NCBI GenBank assembly: GCA_045532655.1
Contig: JAZSGI010000203.1
Span: forward strand, 1,469-65,468
Direction: 5' to 3'
Source of the DNA: Victivallaceae bacterium
GTDB taxonomy: Bacteria > Verrucomicrobiota > Lentisphaeria > Victivallales > Victivallaceae
Length of the DNA: 64,000 nucleotides
A model generated the notes under the pieces. The model was not told where the DNA came from. It saw nothing but the letters and a program-made list of their open reading frames with translations, and did no database searches. A program made the translations under genes and the position numbers. Below are positions 53,829 through 62,035 of the stretch, one piece after another. The stretch's first letter is position 1. Each line of letters opens with the position of its first letter.

Positions 53829-55589
53829 ATGGCAGATTTTTCCCAATTCGGACTTTCGCCGTCCACTCTGGAGGCTTTGAACCTCAAATCAATAACAGTA
53901 CCGACACCCATACAGGAGGAGGCAATACCGCTTTTGCTTGAAGGTGTGCATGACGTTCTGGCGCAGGCCCGTACCGGAACGGGAAAAACCGCTGCATTCG
54001 GTATCCCCATAATCGAGCGTATAACTCCCGGACTTAAATACCCCAGGGCTCTTGTGCTGACTCCAACCCGTGAACTCTGTATGCAGGTGGCGGCGGAGAT
54101 GCAGAGCCTTTCCTGCGATCCTGATCTTGTGGTGGCAAGTGTCTATGGCGGAGCTGCTATCGAAAGTCAGATACGGCAGTTGAAAAAAGGTTGTGATATA
54201 GTCGTGGGAACTCCCGGCAGGGTGATGGATCTGTACCGTCGGGAGGTGCTTATCTTTGATGAATTGACCTTTGCGGTGCTTGACGAGGCGGACGAAATGC
54301 TCGATATGGGCTTTCTTGAAGATATCGAAGCTATTCTTGATCTTACGCCGGTGGATAAACAGATGCTGATGTTTTCGGCAACAATGCCTGCCGGTATTAT
54401 GAAGATCGCCGAGCGTTTCATGCGTAAGTGCCGTATCATAAAGGTTGACAGTCAGCCTGACAATACCGGTCAGATCCGGCAATACGGTTATATCGTTGCC
54501 CGTGAAGACAAAATGGATGCCCTCAGCAGACTTCTGGAAGGCGATCCGGATATGTATGCTCTTGTTTTCTGCCGTACCCGTGCCGATGTGGATGAATTGT
54601 GTGAAGCCATGTCCCGGAAACATTTCCGTGTTGAGGCTCTGCACGGCGAAATATCCCAGGCGCAGCGTACAAAAGTCACAGAACGTTTCAAACGCAAATC
54701 ATTCAATATTTTGATTGCCACTGATGTTGCTGCCCGTGGTATAGATGTTGCCGGATTGACCCACGTTATCAATTATTCGCTGCCGATGAATCCGGAAATA
54801 TATATCCACCGTATCGGCCGTACCGGCAGGGCAGGCAAAACCGGGACTGCTGTCACATTTGTTACTCCGGGAGAAAAACGGAAACTTTCAGCCCTTGCCA
54901 AAGCTATGGGCAAGCCTCTTGAGATCCGGGAATTGCCCTCGTGGCAGCAGGTTCTTGCTGCGAAGCAGGAGGCATTGCTGGCAAAGATTTCTTCTGTCGA
55001 GCCGGATGCTGTATATCTGGCAATGGCAGACAAACTGCTGCAGGACAAAGATCCCCGTACTGTTGCCGCCGCATTGCTGGAAACGGGTTTCGGTTCCAAG
55101 CTCAAGTTGCATCTGCCTGTACCGCAGCAGGAAACTGCCGGAGAGGAAGATATGAAATGGGTTCGTTTGCGTTTTGATGCCGGCAAGAAAGACGGTCTTA
55201 CCCCGCCGGTAATGCTGGATATTATTTACGAAGCAAGTAAAATTCCCTCCCGCAAACTGGGGAAGATCGATTGTATGTCACACAGTGCCTTTATTGATGT
55301 TCCGGAAAAGTTTGCTGCAAAAATCATCCGCGGAGTGAACCTGCCCGGCGAAGAACCTCTTGTTTCTCTTGATGACCGTCCGCCGAAAAAGGGCAGGAAA
55401 GAGGATAGGGCCGGAGCGGAGGAAAATGTGGAAAAAGGCAGAAAAGAGAAAACTGCCGGCAGCAGAACAGGCAGGAAAAAAAAGGAACGCAAGGAGACGG
55501 CTGCCGGTAATTCCATATCGCTCATGATCTCTGAATTCAAGGATCAGCCTCTGGAAAAAAAGGAAAAGAGCAGGAAAAAGTCTAAATAA
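53829..55589 (+). CDS. deaD: DEAD-box ATP-dependent RNA helicase (DeaD/CsdA-like) with a DbpA-type C-terminal domain and a Lys-rich tail
   Basis: Q motif F..FGLSP...PTPIQ, AQARTGTGKTAAF, PTRELC, VLDEADEML (DEAD), SAT, ATDVAARGID and HRIGRTGRAG. The C-terminal ~70 aa are K/E/R-rich. The ATG at 53829 is preceded by GAAGGAA. Confidence 0.9.
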   Translation: MADFSQFGLSPSTLEALNLKSITVPTPIQEEAIPLLLEGVHDVLAQARTGTGKTAAFGIPIIERITPGLKYPRALVLTPTRELCMQVAAEMQSLSCDPDLVVASVYGGAAIESQIRQLKKGCDIVVGTPGRVMDLYRREVLIFDELTFAVLDEADEMLDMGFLEDIEAILDLTPVDKQMLMFSATMPAGIMKIAERFMRKCRIIKVDSQPDNTGQIRQYGYIVAREDKMDALSRLLEGDPDMYALVFCRTRADVDELCEAMSRKHFRVEALHGEISQAQRTKVTERFKRKSFNILIATDVAARGIDVAGLTHVINYSLPMNPEIYIHRIGRTGRAGKTGTAVTFVTPGEKRKLSALAKAMGKPLEIRELPSWQQVLAAKQEALLAKISSVEPDAVYLAMADKLLQDKDPRTVAAALLETGFGSKLKLHLPVPQQETAGEEDMKWVRLRFDAGKKDGLTPPVMLDIIYEASKIPSRKLGKIDCMSHSAFIDVPEKFAAKIIRGVNLPGEEPLVSLDDRPPKKGRKEDRAGAEENVEKGRKEKTAGSRTGRKKKERKETAAGNSISLMISEFKDQPLEKKEKSRKKSK

Positions 55590-55610
55590 CTCTGTGAAGG
55601 GATAATTATT

Positions 55611-56498
55611 ATGGCAAAAATACAGATTTTAAAAGGCGGTATGCGGGCTGCTCTGCGCAGCATCCCCTTTGAGGAAGTGGTACGCAAGGTGCGTTTAAGT
55701 TGTCTGGAAGCCGCATGTGTCCTGCCTCCGGATGTACGGGAGGCTATTCAGAAGGCCTTTGAGACCGAGAGCAATATCAGAGCAAAGGACTTTCTGCAGC
55801 AGTATCTTGATAATGCCAGAATCGCTGAAGCGGAAAAAATGCCCATCTGTCAGGATACAGGTTTTGCCGTCTTTTTTGTTCAGATGGGGGAAATGGTGAA
55901 GATCGAGGGCGGTTCCATTTACAGTGCCATAACCGAGGGCGTTGCCCAGGGCTACAAGGATGGTTTTCTGCGGAAATCTATTGTCTCTGATCCCCTTTTC
56001 AAGCGTATGAACACCCTTGACAATACACCGCCGATCATTCATCTTGAGATGGTTCCGGGTGATAAACTTTCTGTGATCCTTGCCCCCAAAGGCGGCGGGT
56101 CGGAAAATATGAGTGCCCTTAAAATGCTTACTCCGGCAGCAGGCAGGAGCGGTGTCAGGGATTTTGTTGTGGATACTGTTGTGTCAGCGGGCGGTTGTCC
56201 CTGTCCGCCGACAATAGTCGGTGTCGGTATCGGTGGAACATTTGAGAAAGCGGCATTTCTTGCCAAAAAAGCTCTTCTCCGCAAGGTCGGTGAACCGAGC
56301 CCTGATCCCGAATACGCTGAATTGGAACAGGAAATTCTGGCAAAAATCAATGCTTCCGGTGTCGGCAGTCAGGGACTTGGCGGTGATATAACCAGTTTTG
56401 CCTGTCATATCGAATATTTCCCCTGCCACATTGCCAGTCTGCCTGTGGCGGTGAATATCAATTGCCATGCGGCACGTCATGCGGGGTTTGAAATATGA
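55611..56498 (+). CDS. Class I (Fe-S) fumarate hydratase / tartrate dehydratase family, alpha subunit
   Basis: 295 aa. PICQDTGFAVFFV, LAPKGGGSENMS and the conserved Cys pattern are typical of the N-terminal catalytic domain of Fe-S hydro-lyases. Confidence 0.85.
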   Translation: MAKIQILKGGMRAALRSIPFEEVVRKVRLSCLEAACVLPPDVREAIQKAFETESNIRAKDFLQQYLDNARIAEAEKMPICQDTGFAVFFVQMGEMVKIEGGSIYSAITEGVAQGYKDGFLRKSIVSDPLFKRMNTLDNTPPIIHLEMVPGDKLSVILAPKGGGSENMSALKMLTPAAGRSGVRDFVVDTVVSAGGCPCPPTIVGVGIGGTFEKAAFLAKKALLRKVGEPSPDPEYAELEQEILAKINASGVGSQGLGGDITSFACHIEYFPCHIASLPVAVNINCHAARHAGFEI

Positions 56499-57025
56499 AA
56501 ATCACTGCTCCTGTTGATGAAAAGACTGCCCGCAGCCTGAAGGCCGGGGATATCGTTGAACTTTCCGGTGTCATCTATACCGGCAGGGATGCCGCCCATA
56601 AACGCCTGACAGAAATGCTTGCCAGAGGTGAAGAATCCCCCATCGTGCTTGAAGATCAGGTGATATATTATTGTGGTCCGTGTCCTGCCCCTCCCGGCAG
56701 ACCCATCGGTTCGGCGGGCCCCACATCCAGTTTGCGTATGGATTCTTATTCACCTGAACTCATCCGCAAGTACGGTCTGCGTGCCATGATCGGCAAGGGA
56801 GCCCGTTCCGGAGAGGTCGTTGAGGCTATGAAAGAGGCGGGTGGAGTGTATTTTGCCGCTACCGGCGGAGCAGGGGCTCTGGTGGCAAAGGCTGTGGTGA
56901 AGTGCGAAGTTGCCGCTTTCGGCGATCTCGGACCGGAAGCGATTTACCGTCTGGAAGTCAAGGATCTGCGCCTGATAGTGGCAACAGATTCAGAAGGCAA
57001 CTCCTTGTACAAAAGTTCACATTGA
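56495..57025 (+). CDS. Class I fumarate hydratase / tartrate dehydratase family, beta subunit
   Basis: 176 aa. LSGVIYTGRDAAHKRL, GPTSSLRMD and MIGKGARS. Its start overlaps the alpha-subunit stop (ATGA). Confidence 0.85.
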   Translation: MKITAPVDEKTARSLKAGDIVELSGVIYTGRDAAHKRLTEMLARGEESPIVLEDQVIYYCGPCPAPPGRPIGSAGPTSSLRMDSYSPELIRKYGLRAMIGKGARSGEVVEAMKEAGGVYFAATGGAGALVAKAVVKCEVAAFGDLGPEAIYRLEVKDLRLIVATDSEGNSLYKSSH

Positions 57026-57053
57026 AGGATATCCGTTCCGGGACAGAATATTT

Positions 57054-58064
57054 ATGGCAGTAACTTTGATGGATATAGCAGAGGCGGCGGGCAAAAGTTA
57101 TACCACAGTCAGCCGTGCTTTGAGCGATCATCCGAAGATCAGCAAAAAAACCAAGGCGGAGATATGCCGTCTTGCTGCTGAACTGGGGTACAGACCATCC
57201 TTTGCAGGAAAAGCCCTCAAGGATGGCAGAACCCGGATAATTTCGGTGCTTGTGCCGGATATTTCCGACCCTTTTTATACTGAATTTGTCCGCAATCTGA
57301 AAATTGAAGCCGCCGGTTACGGGTACGATATTGTACTGTATGATTACGAAATGACCCCGGAACTGGAGAACCGGTATCTGGAACTTATGCTTACCGGCAG
57401 ATGCGATGCCGCTGCAGCATTTCTTACCAGTTTTGATTACACCGGGGAGCTGGTGGAGCGTATGTGGCACATGCATTTCCCGCTTATTGCCATCGGAACA
57501 CCAGTTTCGGCAAATATCCATGCGGATATTGTGACTGTTGATGATACTGATGCTCTGCAGAGTATCTTTGCGCAGCTGGCGGAACAGGGCAGAAAACACA
57601 TGGCAGTCCTGCAGGAAAAAATGTCGCCGGAAACATTTATGCGCCTGAAGGAGATCCTTGTGAGCCGTTTCAGGGATGTGCCGCTGGAATTTGATCCTGA
57701 CAGGGATTTTTTCTGTCCTGTCCCCGGAACTGCATCGCAGGCGGAGGACGGGTATAAATTTGCCCGCAAAATATTGCACGATGATCCGGAAATCGATGTT
57801 ATTGTCACTTCCCACAGTATCCAGGCATGCGGTGTATTGCGGGCAGCTGCTGAAGCCGGGAAACATATCCCGGCAGATCTGTCAGTTATAACTTTGGATA
57901 ATTCATGGCCTGCCGAGTACTCTGCCCGTCCGGTGTATTCGCTGGATCAGCGGCTGGACGAATTGGCAAAAAGTGCCTTTTTCCTGCTGCGCAAGCGTTT
58001 GACCGAAAAAGAGTGGGGAGAGCCTGAAATCATCCAGATCCCGGCGGTTGTTCACCGGATTTGA
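57054..58064 (+). CDS. LacI family transcriptional regulator
   Basis: HTH motif VTLMDIAEAAGKSYTTVSRALS followed by a sugar-binding fold. It lies directly upstream of the pseudopilin/GH operon. Confidence 0.85.
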   Translation: MAVTLMDIAEAAGKSYTTVSRALSDHPKISKKTKAEICRLAAELGYRPSFAGKALKDGRTRIISVLVPDISDPFYTEFVRNLKIEAAGYGYDIVLYDYEMTPELENRYLELMLTGRCDAAAAFLTSFDYTGELVERMWHMHFPLIAIGTPVSANIHADIVTVDDTDALQSIFAQLAEQGRKHMAVLQEKMSPETFMRLKEILVSRFRDVPLEFDPDRDFFCPVPGTASQAEDGYKFARKILHDDPEIDVIVTSHSIQACGVLRAAAEAGKHIPADLSVITLDNSWPAEYSARPVYSLDQRLDELAKSAFFLLRKRLTEKEWGEPEIIQIPAVVHRI

Positions 58065-58254
58065 AGTTGCCCCGGACATGTGCGGCATGCCGTTGCAGGA
58101 ATGTGGAGGAGAAACATTACCATCCAGGCAGGGATAAGAAAGCAGGCTGAAACATGGATTTCCGTGGAATCCTCCGATATATGCCTCAAAAAAAAGTCAA
58201 TTTTTTTCAAAGATACTCTTGACTTTTGATTTTCTCAGGTTATTGTAAGAATAG

Positions 58255-58268
58255 TGCAAACGTGTGCA
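58255..58268. promoter_or_regulatory. LacI-type operator candidate
   Basis: TGCAAACGTGTGCA is a 14-bp near-palindrome with a central CG; 12 of its 14 positions are self-complementary. It lies downstream of a TTGACT (58219-58224) / TATTGT (58241-58246) promoter-like pair and 34 nt upstream of the pseudopilin ATG. Confidence 0.45.
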
Positions 58269-58301
58269 TAGAGTGGAAACAACCAACCGAAAGGGAAAAA
58301 A

Positions 58302-58934
58302 ATGAAAAAGAATTTTACACTCATAGAATTGCTGGTCGTTATTGCTATTATTGCAATTCTCGCCTCCATGTTGTTGCCGGCTTTGAGCAAGGCCCGTGCC
58401 GCCGCTCAGCAGATCAAATGCAAGAGCAATCTCAAGCAGATGGGGCTGGCGGAAGCTCTTTATACCCACAATTACGATGATTACCTTGCCCCCGGTCTGA
58501 TTCCGAATTATGTCTGGTGCAACCTGCTGGCAGAGGAAATCGGCAATAATGAGAAACTCTTTGACTGCCCCTCCAATACTTCCACCGGCGTGCCCTGGAA
58601 CAGTTCATACCTCGGTTACAATCAGAACTACTCCATCGGCAGCCATCAGGCATATCCTTACCTCAAAAATACCCGTATCACCCAGTGGAAGAATCCTTCT
58701 GCCTCCATTCTTATTCTTGACGGTCACAACGATAGTGCCGTCTATTGTAAATTCTCAATCACCTGTACCGAAGCCGATGCCCGTCACAACAACCGTGCCA
58801 ACATCCTCTTCATTGATGGTCATGTGGGTGATGACAAGCTGCAGCAGCTCAAAATCGATGCCTATGACAACAGCAGTGCACCTTATTACTGGAGTACTGA
58901 AGGCAACACCGAAAAAGGCAATATCCGCGCCTGA
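58302..58934 (+). CDS. Prepilin-type N-terminal cleavage/methylation domain protein with the H-X9-DG motif (DUF1559-like pseudopilin)
   Basis: [28 protein letters not shown] is a classic type IV prepilin leader plus hydrophobic helix. The C-terminal [16 protein letters not shown] fits H-X9-DG. Confidence 0.85.
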   Translation: MKKNFTLIELLVVIAIIAILASMLLPALSKARAAAQQIKCKSNLKQMGLAEALYTHNYDDYLAPGLIPNYVWCNLLAEEIGNNEKLFDCPSNTSTGVPWNSSYLGYNQNYSIGSHQAYPYLKNTRITQWKNPSASILILDGHNDSAVYCKFSITCTEADARHNNRANILFIDGHVGDDKLQQLKIDAYDNSSAPYYWSTEGNTEKGNIRA

Positions 58935-59110
58935 TGCCGTTTTTTGCCGCTTGCCCCGCTGTGCATGATGCGGGGTGCGGTATAAGAAAGCAACGGGGAG
59001 GGGTTTGGGTGTTACTGCCCCCCCTTTCCTGCAATAAAAACGTAACTGCTTTGCGTTTATCCGGGCAGTCTGTGTCCACTTTTTACCAGTTCTGACTCAA
59101 TTTTGAATTT

Positions 59111-61990
59111 ATGAATTTGCCATTAATGAAAATAATAATTTTGTTTGTTGGTGTTATGATGGTATCTGCTTGTACTCTTTCTGCCGGAGGTGTCGGCAGC
59201 GCAAATCTTCTTGCAAATGATCCTGAATGGGTTTTTTACGGCGAAAACGGCTCTGCCACTGCCGCTCCCGACGGTGGGATAACTCTTCTTTCTGAAGCTC
59301 CTGCCGGTGAGGTTTTTCTCGCTCTGCCGCTTATGCCGGTGGAGGCCGGAGTCACCAGACAGCTTAATGCCCGTTTTATGCTCCTCAACCGTTCCTGTGC
59401 CAATATCCATTTGCGTGTGAAGTTTTTCCGTACCGATAATACTGCTCCGGTGCGCAGTGTCGATGGTTCCGGCACATACGTTTCCATGCCGACAGATATC
59501 CGTTACCCTGCAGGCGAATGGCAATGGATGCGGCTGCGCTTCACCCCTGAAGCAGGCGAAAAGTTCTGTTCAGTGGAAGTTGTTATCAAAGACGGTGCCT
59601 GCGAAATGACACTGGCAGAGATCAACTGCGTTGATCCTGAACCCCGTCCGTTAAGTCCCACCTGGGCGTGTGATTCAGTCAGCGGTATTGAACCGGAACC
59701 AAATTACAGGGAACCGGAAGAGGAGATCATTCCTCCGCTTACCGATGAGATACGGGAAATCATCCGCAACCGTCCGTGGCAGACAGCCAATGTGGAAACT
59801 TTCAACGGTCGTCCCATGTTCATGCTCAACGGCGAACCCATGGCACCGGCTTTTTACAACGGCTGCTGGTTCAATCCCGGCCGTTCCCAGTTCGGTGATT
59901 TTCACCGTGCCGGTATACATACTTATATGATGACTGCTTCACTGGGCAGAAATCTTTACGGCAACGGTGCCTGGACCGGTAAGGATACATACGATTTCAG
60001 TACCTTTGATGATACCTTGTGGCGGATATTGCGTGTAGATCCCTACGCCAATGTTATACTTTATCTGGGCTGTGATCCCTACGTTGAATGGGGTGCCGAA
60101 AACCCTGATGACGTGACTTGCGACCACAACGGCAACAAGGCAGTTGTTGATTTCCATACCAAACGTTTCGGCGGCGAAGCTCCCGGCGAGGGGGAAAGAT
60201 ACGGTCAGAGCCTTGTTTCCGCCAAATACCGCCGTGACTGCGGCGAAGCTCTGCAGAAACTTATTGAACACATCAAATCCACCGATATCGGCAAAGCTGT
60301 TATCGGTTATCACCTCTGTGGATTTTCCGACGGTCAGTTTTTTGATTGGGATTACGGCTGGAAAAATCAGGCAATAGCCGATTATTCCCCTGCCGGAATG
60401 GCAAGTTTCCGTGATTGGCTGAGCCGCCGCTACAACGGCGACGTGGAAGCCCTGCGCCGGGCGTGGAACGATCCGGAAGTAACTTTTGAAACTGCCATGC
60501 GTCCCACTGTGGACGAAATATGGACAGACAGATATCTTGTGGATTCCCAGCAGGTTGCCGATCACAACCGTTTTGCCAGCGAAGGACAGGCGGAAACAGT
60601 ACTTTATTTTGCCCGTGTCATCCACGAGGCAACCGGCGGCGAAGCCCTTATCAGCACATATTATGAAGATATTACCGGTACAGTTTATAATCACAGTGCG
60701 TTGAATATGTACCTGGCTTCTCCTTACATTGATTTTCTTGCCGGACCCGCAGACTACCGTATTCGCAAAGGCGGTTATTGCGGCGGTGTCAGAACTATTT
60801 TCGGTTCGACTTTGCTTCACGGCAAAATGTTCATTACCGAGCAGGATTGGCGCAGCTGGACAGCCGGGCCCAACTCCCCTGTGGAAAACTTTGCTTACGG
60901 CAGAGCGGAAACCCCGGAAGAACACAATGCCATGGTGCGCCGGGAAAGCGGTATGATGCTTGCTTTCGGTCTCGGTACATGGTGGTATGATTTAGCGGGA
61001 AAGTGGTTCCGCGATGACAGTATCATGGCAGGTATTGCCGAAGCCGTGGATGCTTTTGAAACCGCACTTGATGTTCCCGGTATGCCCGTTGCCGATCTTG
61101 CGGTCTTTGTCAGCGAAGAGAGCAACTATTACAACACTTTGCGTACAGCCGAGATCATGCGCAGCAATATTACCCGCCAGCGTGTACAGCTCAATACCTC
61201 TGGAGTTCCCTACCGTCTTTACCTTATGAGCGACGCCTGTTCAGAGGATTTGCCGGAACATCAGATATACATGTTTATTGACTGTATGGCAATGAACAGT
61301 GCCCAGCGTGAATTTATACAAAGTCTGAAGCGGGACGGCAAAACTCTGATTTTTGTCGGACCCACCGGGATCATTGATACTGACCGGTATTACAGCGGTA
61401 ATGTGCTGGAGGAAGAGCGGGATGCTGCCATTGCGGCCGCAGAGGATATTACCGGTATCGGGCTGAAACACTTCAAGGGTGAACTCGCCGCATTTACCAT
61501 CCCCTATGCCCATTCCCTTACCTGGGGTGTCGGCGACAGAGTGGCAAGACCTTTCCGGCATTACACATTCGGTGTTGATTTCCCGCAGGATCAGGTGCCG
61601 GGTTTTGCAGTAAACGACCCTGCGGCAGTGCCGCTTGCGTATTTCAATGATATGCAGACGGTTTCTGTTGCAGTCAAAGATTTTGCTGATCACCGGGTCA
61701 TTTATTCGGCAGTGCCTTCCCTTGCTGATACTTTTATCAACAATATAGCTTGCGAAGGCAATGCCTGGGTCGCTGCTGCACCCGGCGATGCCGTATATAT
61801 CAACGACTATTTTGCCACTGTTCACGCAATGCACGGCCTGAATGAGGGCAGGAAAGAGATCCGGCTGCGCCGTCCGGCCAGGGTGATCGACCTTACTGAT
61901 GGCAGTGAGGTATACACTGATACAGATTCTATCGTTCTTGATATGAATATTGGCGAAACCAGATGGTTCCGTCTTGAGCCTCTTGATTAA
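59111..61990 (+). CDS. Large secreted lipoprotein, putative glycoside hydrolase (GH42-like barrel, N-terminal CBM-like domain)
   Basis: 959 aa. Signal peptide plus lipobox (VGVMMVSAC). The mid-region resembles GH42-type beta-galactosidase architecture (DTYDFSTFDDTLWRI..., DYSPAGMASFRDWLSRRYNGDVEALRRAWND). The family assignment is tentative. Confidence 0.5.
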   Translation: MNLPLMKIIILFVGVMMVSACTLSAGGVGSANLLANDPEWVFYGENGSATAAPDGGITLLSEAPAGEVFLALPLMPVEAGVTRQLNARFMLLNRSCANIHLRVKFFRTDNTAPVRSVDGSGTYVSMPTDIRYPAGEWQWMRLRFTPEAGEKFCSVEVVIKDGACEMTLAEINCVDPEPRPLSPTWACDSVSGIEPEPNYREPEEEIIPPLTDEIREIIRNRPWQTANVETFNGRPMFMLNGEPMAPAFYNGCWFNPGRSQFGDFHRAGIHTYMMTASLGRNLYGNGAWTGKDTYDFSTFDDTLWRILRVDPYANVILYLGCDPYVEWGAENPDDVTCDHNGNKAVVDFHTKRFGGEAPGEGERYGQSLVSAKYRRDCGEALQKLIEHIKSTDIGKAVIGYHLCGFSDGQFFDWDYGWKNQAIADYSPAGMASFRDWLSRRYNGDVEALRRAWNDPEVTFETAMRPTVDEIWTDRYLVDSQQVADHNRFASEGQAETVLYFARVIHEATGGEALISTYYEDITGTVYNHSALNMYLASPYIDFLAGPADYRIRKGGYCGGVRTIFGSTLLHGKMFITEQDWRSWTAGPNSPVENFAYGRAETPEEHNAMVRRESGMMLAFGLGTWWYDLAGKWFRDDSIMAGIAEAVDAFETALDVPGMPVADLAVFVSEESNYYNTLRTAEIMRSNITRQRVQLNTSGVPYRLYLMSDACSEDLPEHQIYMFIDCMAMNSAQREFIQSLKRDGKTLIFVGPTGIIDTDRYYSGNVLEEERDAAIAAAEDITGIGLKHFKGELAAFTIPYAHSLTWGVGDRVARPFRHYTFGVDFPQDQVPGFAVNDPAAVPLAYFNDMQTVSVAVKDFADHRVIYSAVPSLADTFINNIACEGNAWVAAAPGDAVYINDYFATVHAMHGLNEGRKEIRLRRPARVIDLTDGSEVYTDTDSIVLDMNIGETRWFRLEPLD

Positions 61991-61994
61991 TAGA

Positions 61995-62017
61995 GCAGGG
62001 GGGCCAGTCCCCCCTGC
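61995..62017 (+). terminator. GC-rich intercistronic stem-loop (terminator/attenuator or RNA-processing site)
   Basis: GCAGGGGGG (61995-62003) pairs perfectly with CCCCCCTGC (62009-62017) around a 5-nt loop. It starts 5 nt after the stop at 61990. No T-run follows. Confidence 0.35.
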
Positions 62018-62035
62018 CAACCATGGAAAAAATAA

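Noticed and set aside
56958-57866. 302-aa minus-strand ORF
   Set aside because: It is antisense to the LacI-family gene, whose HTH and sugar-binding fold are clear. It also overlaps the end of the fumarase beta gene.
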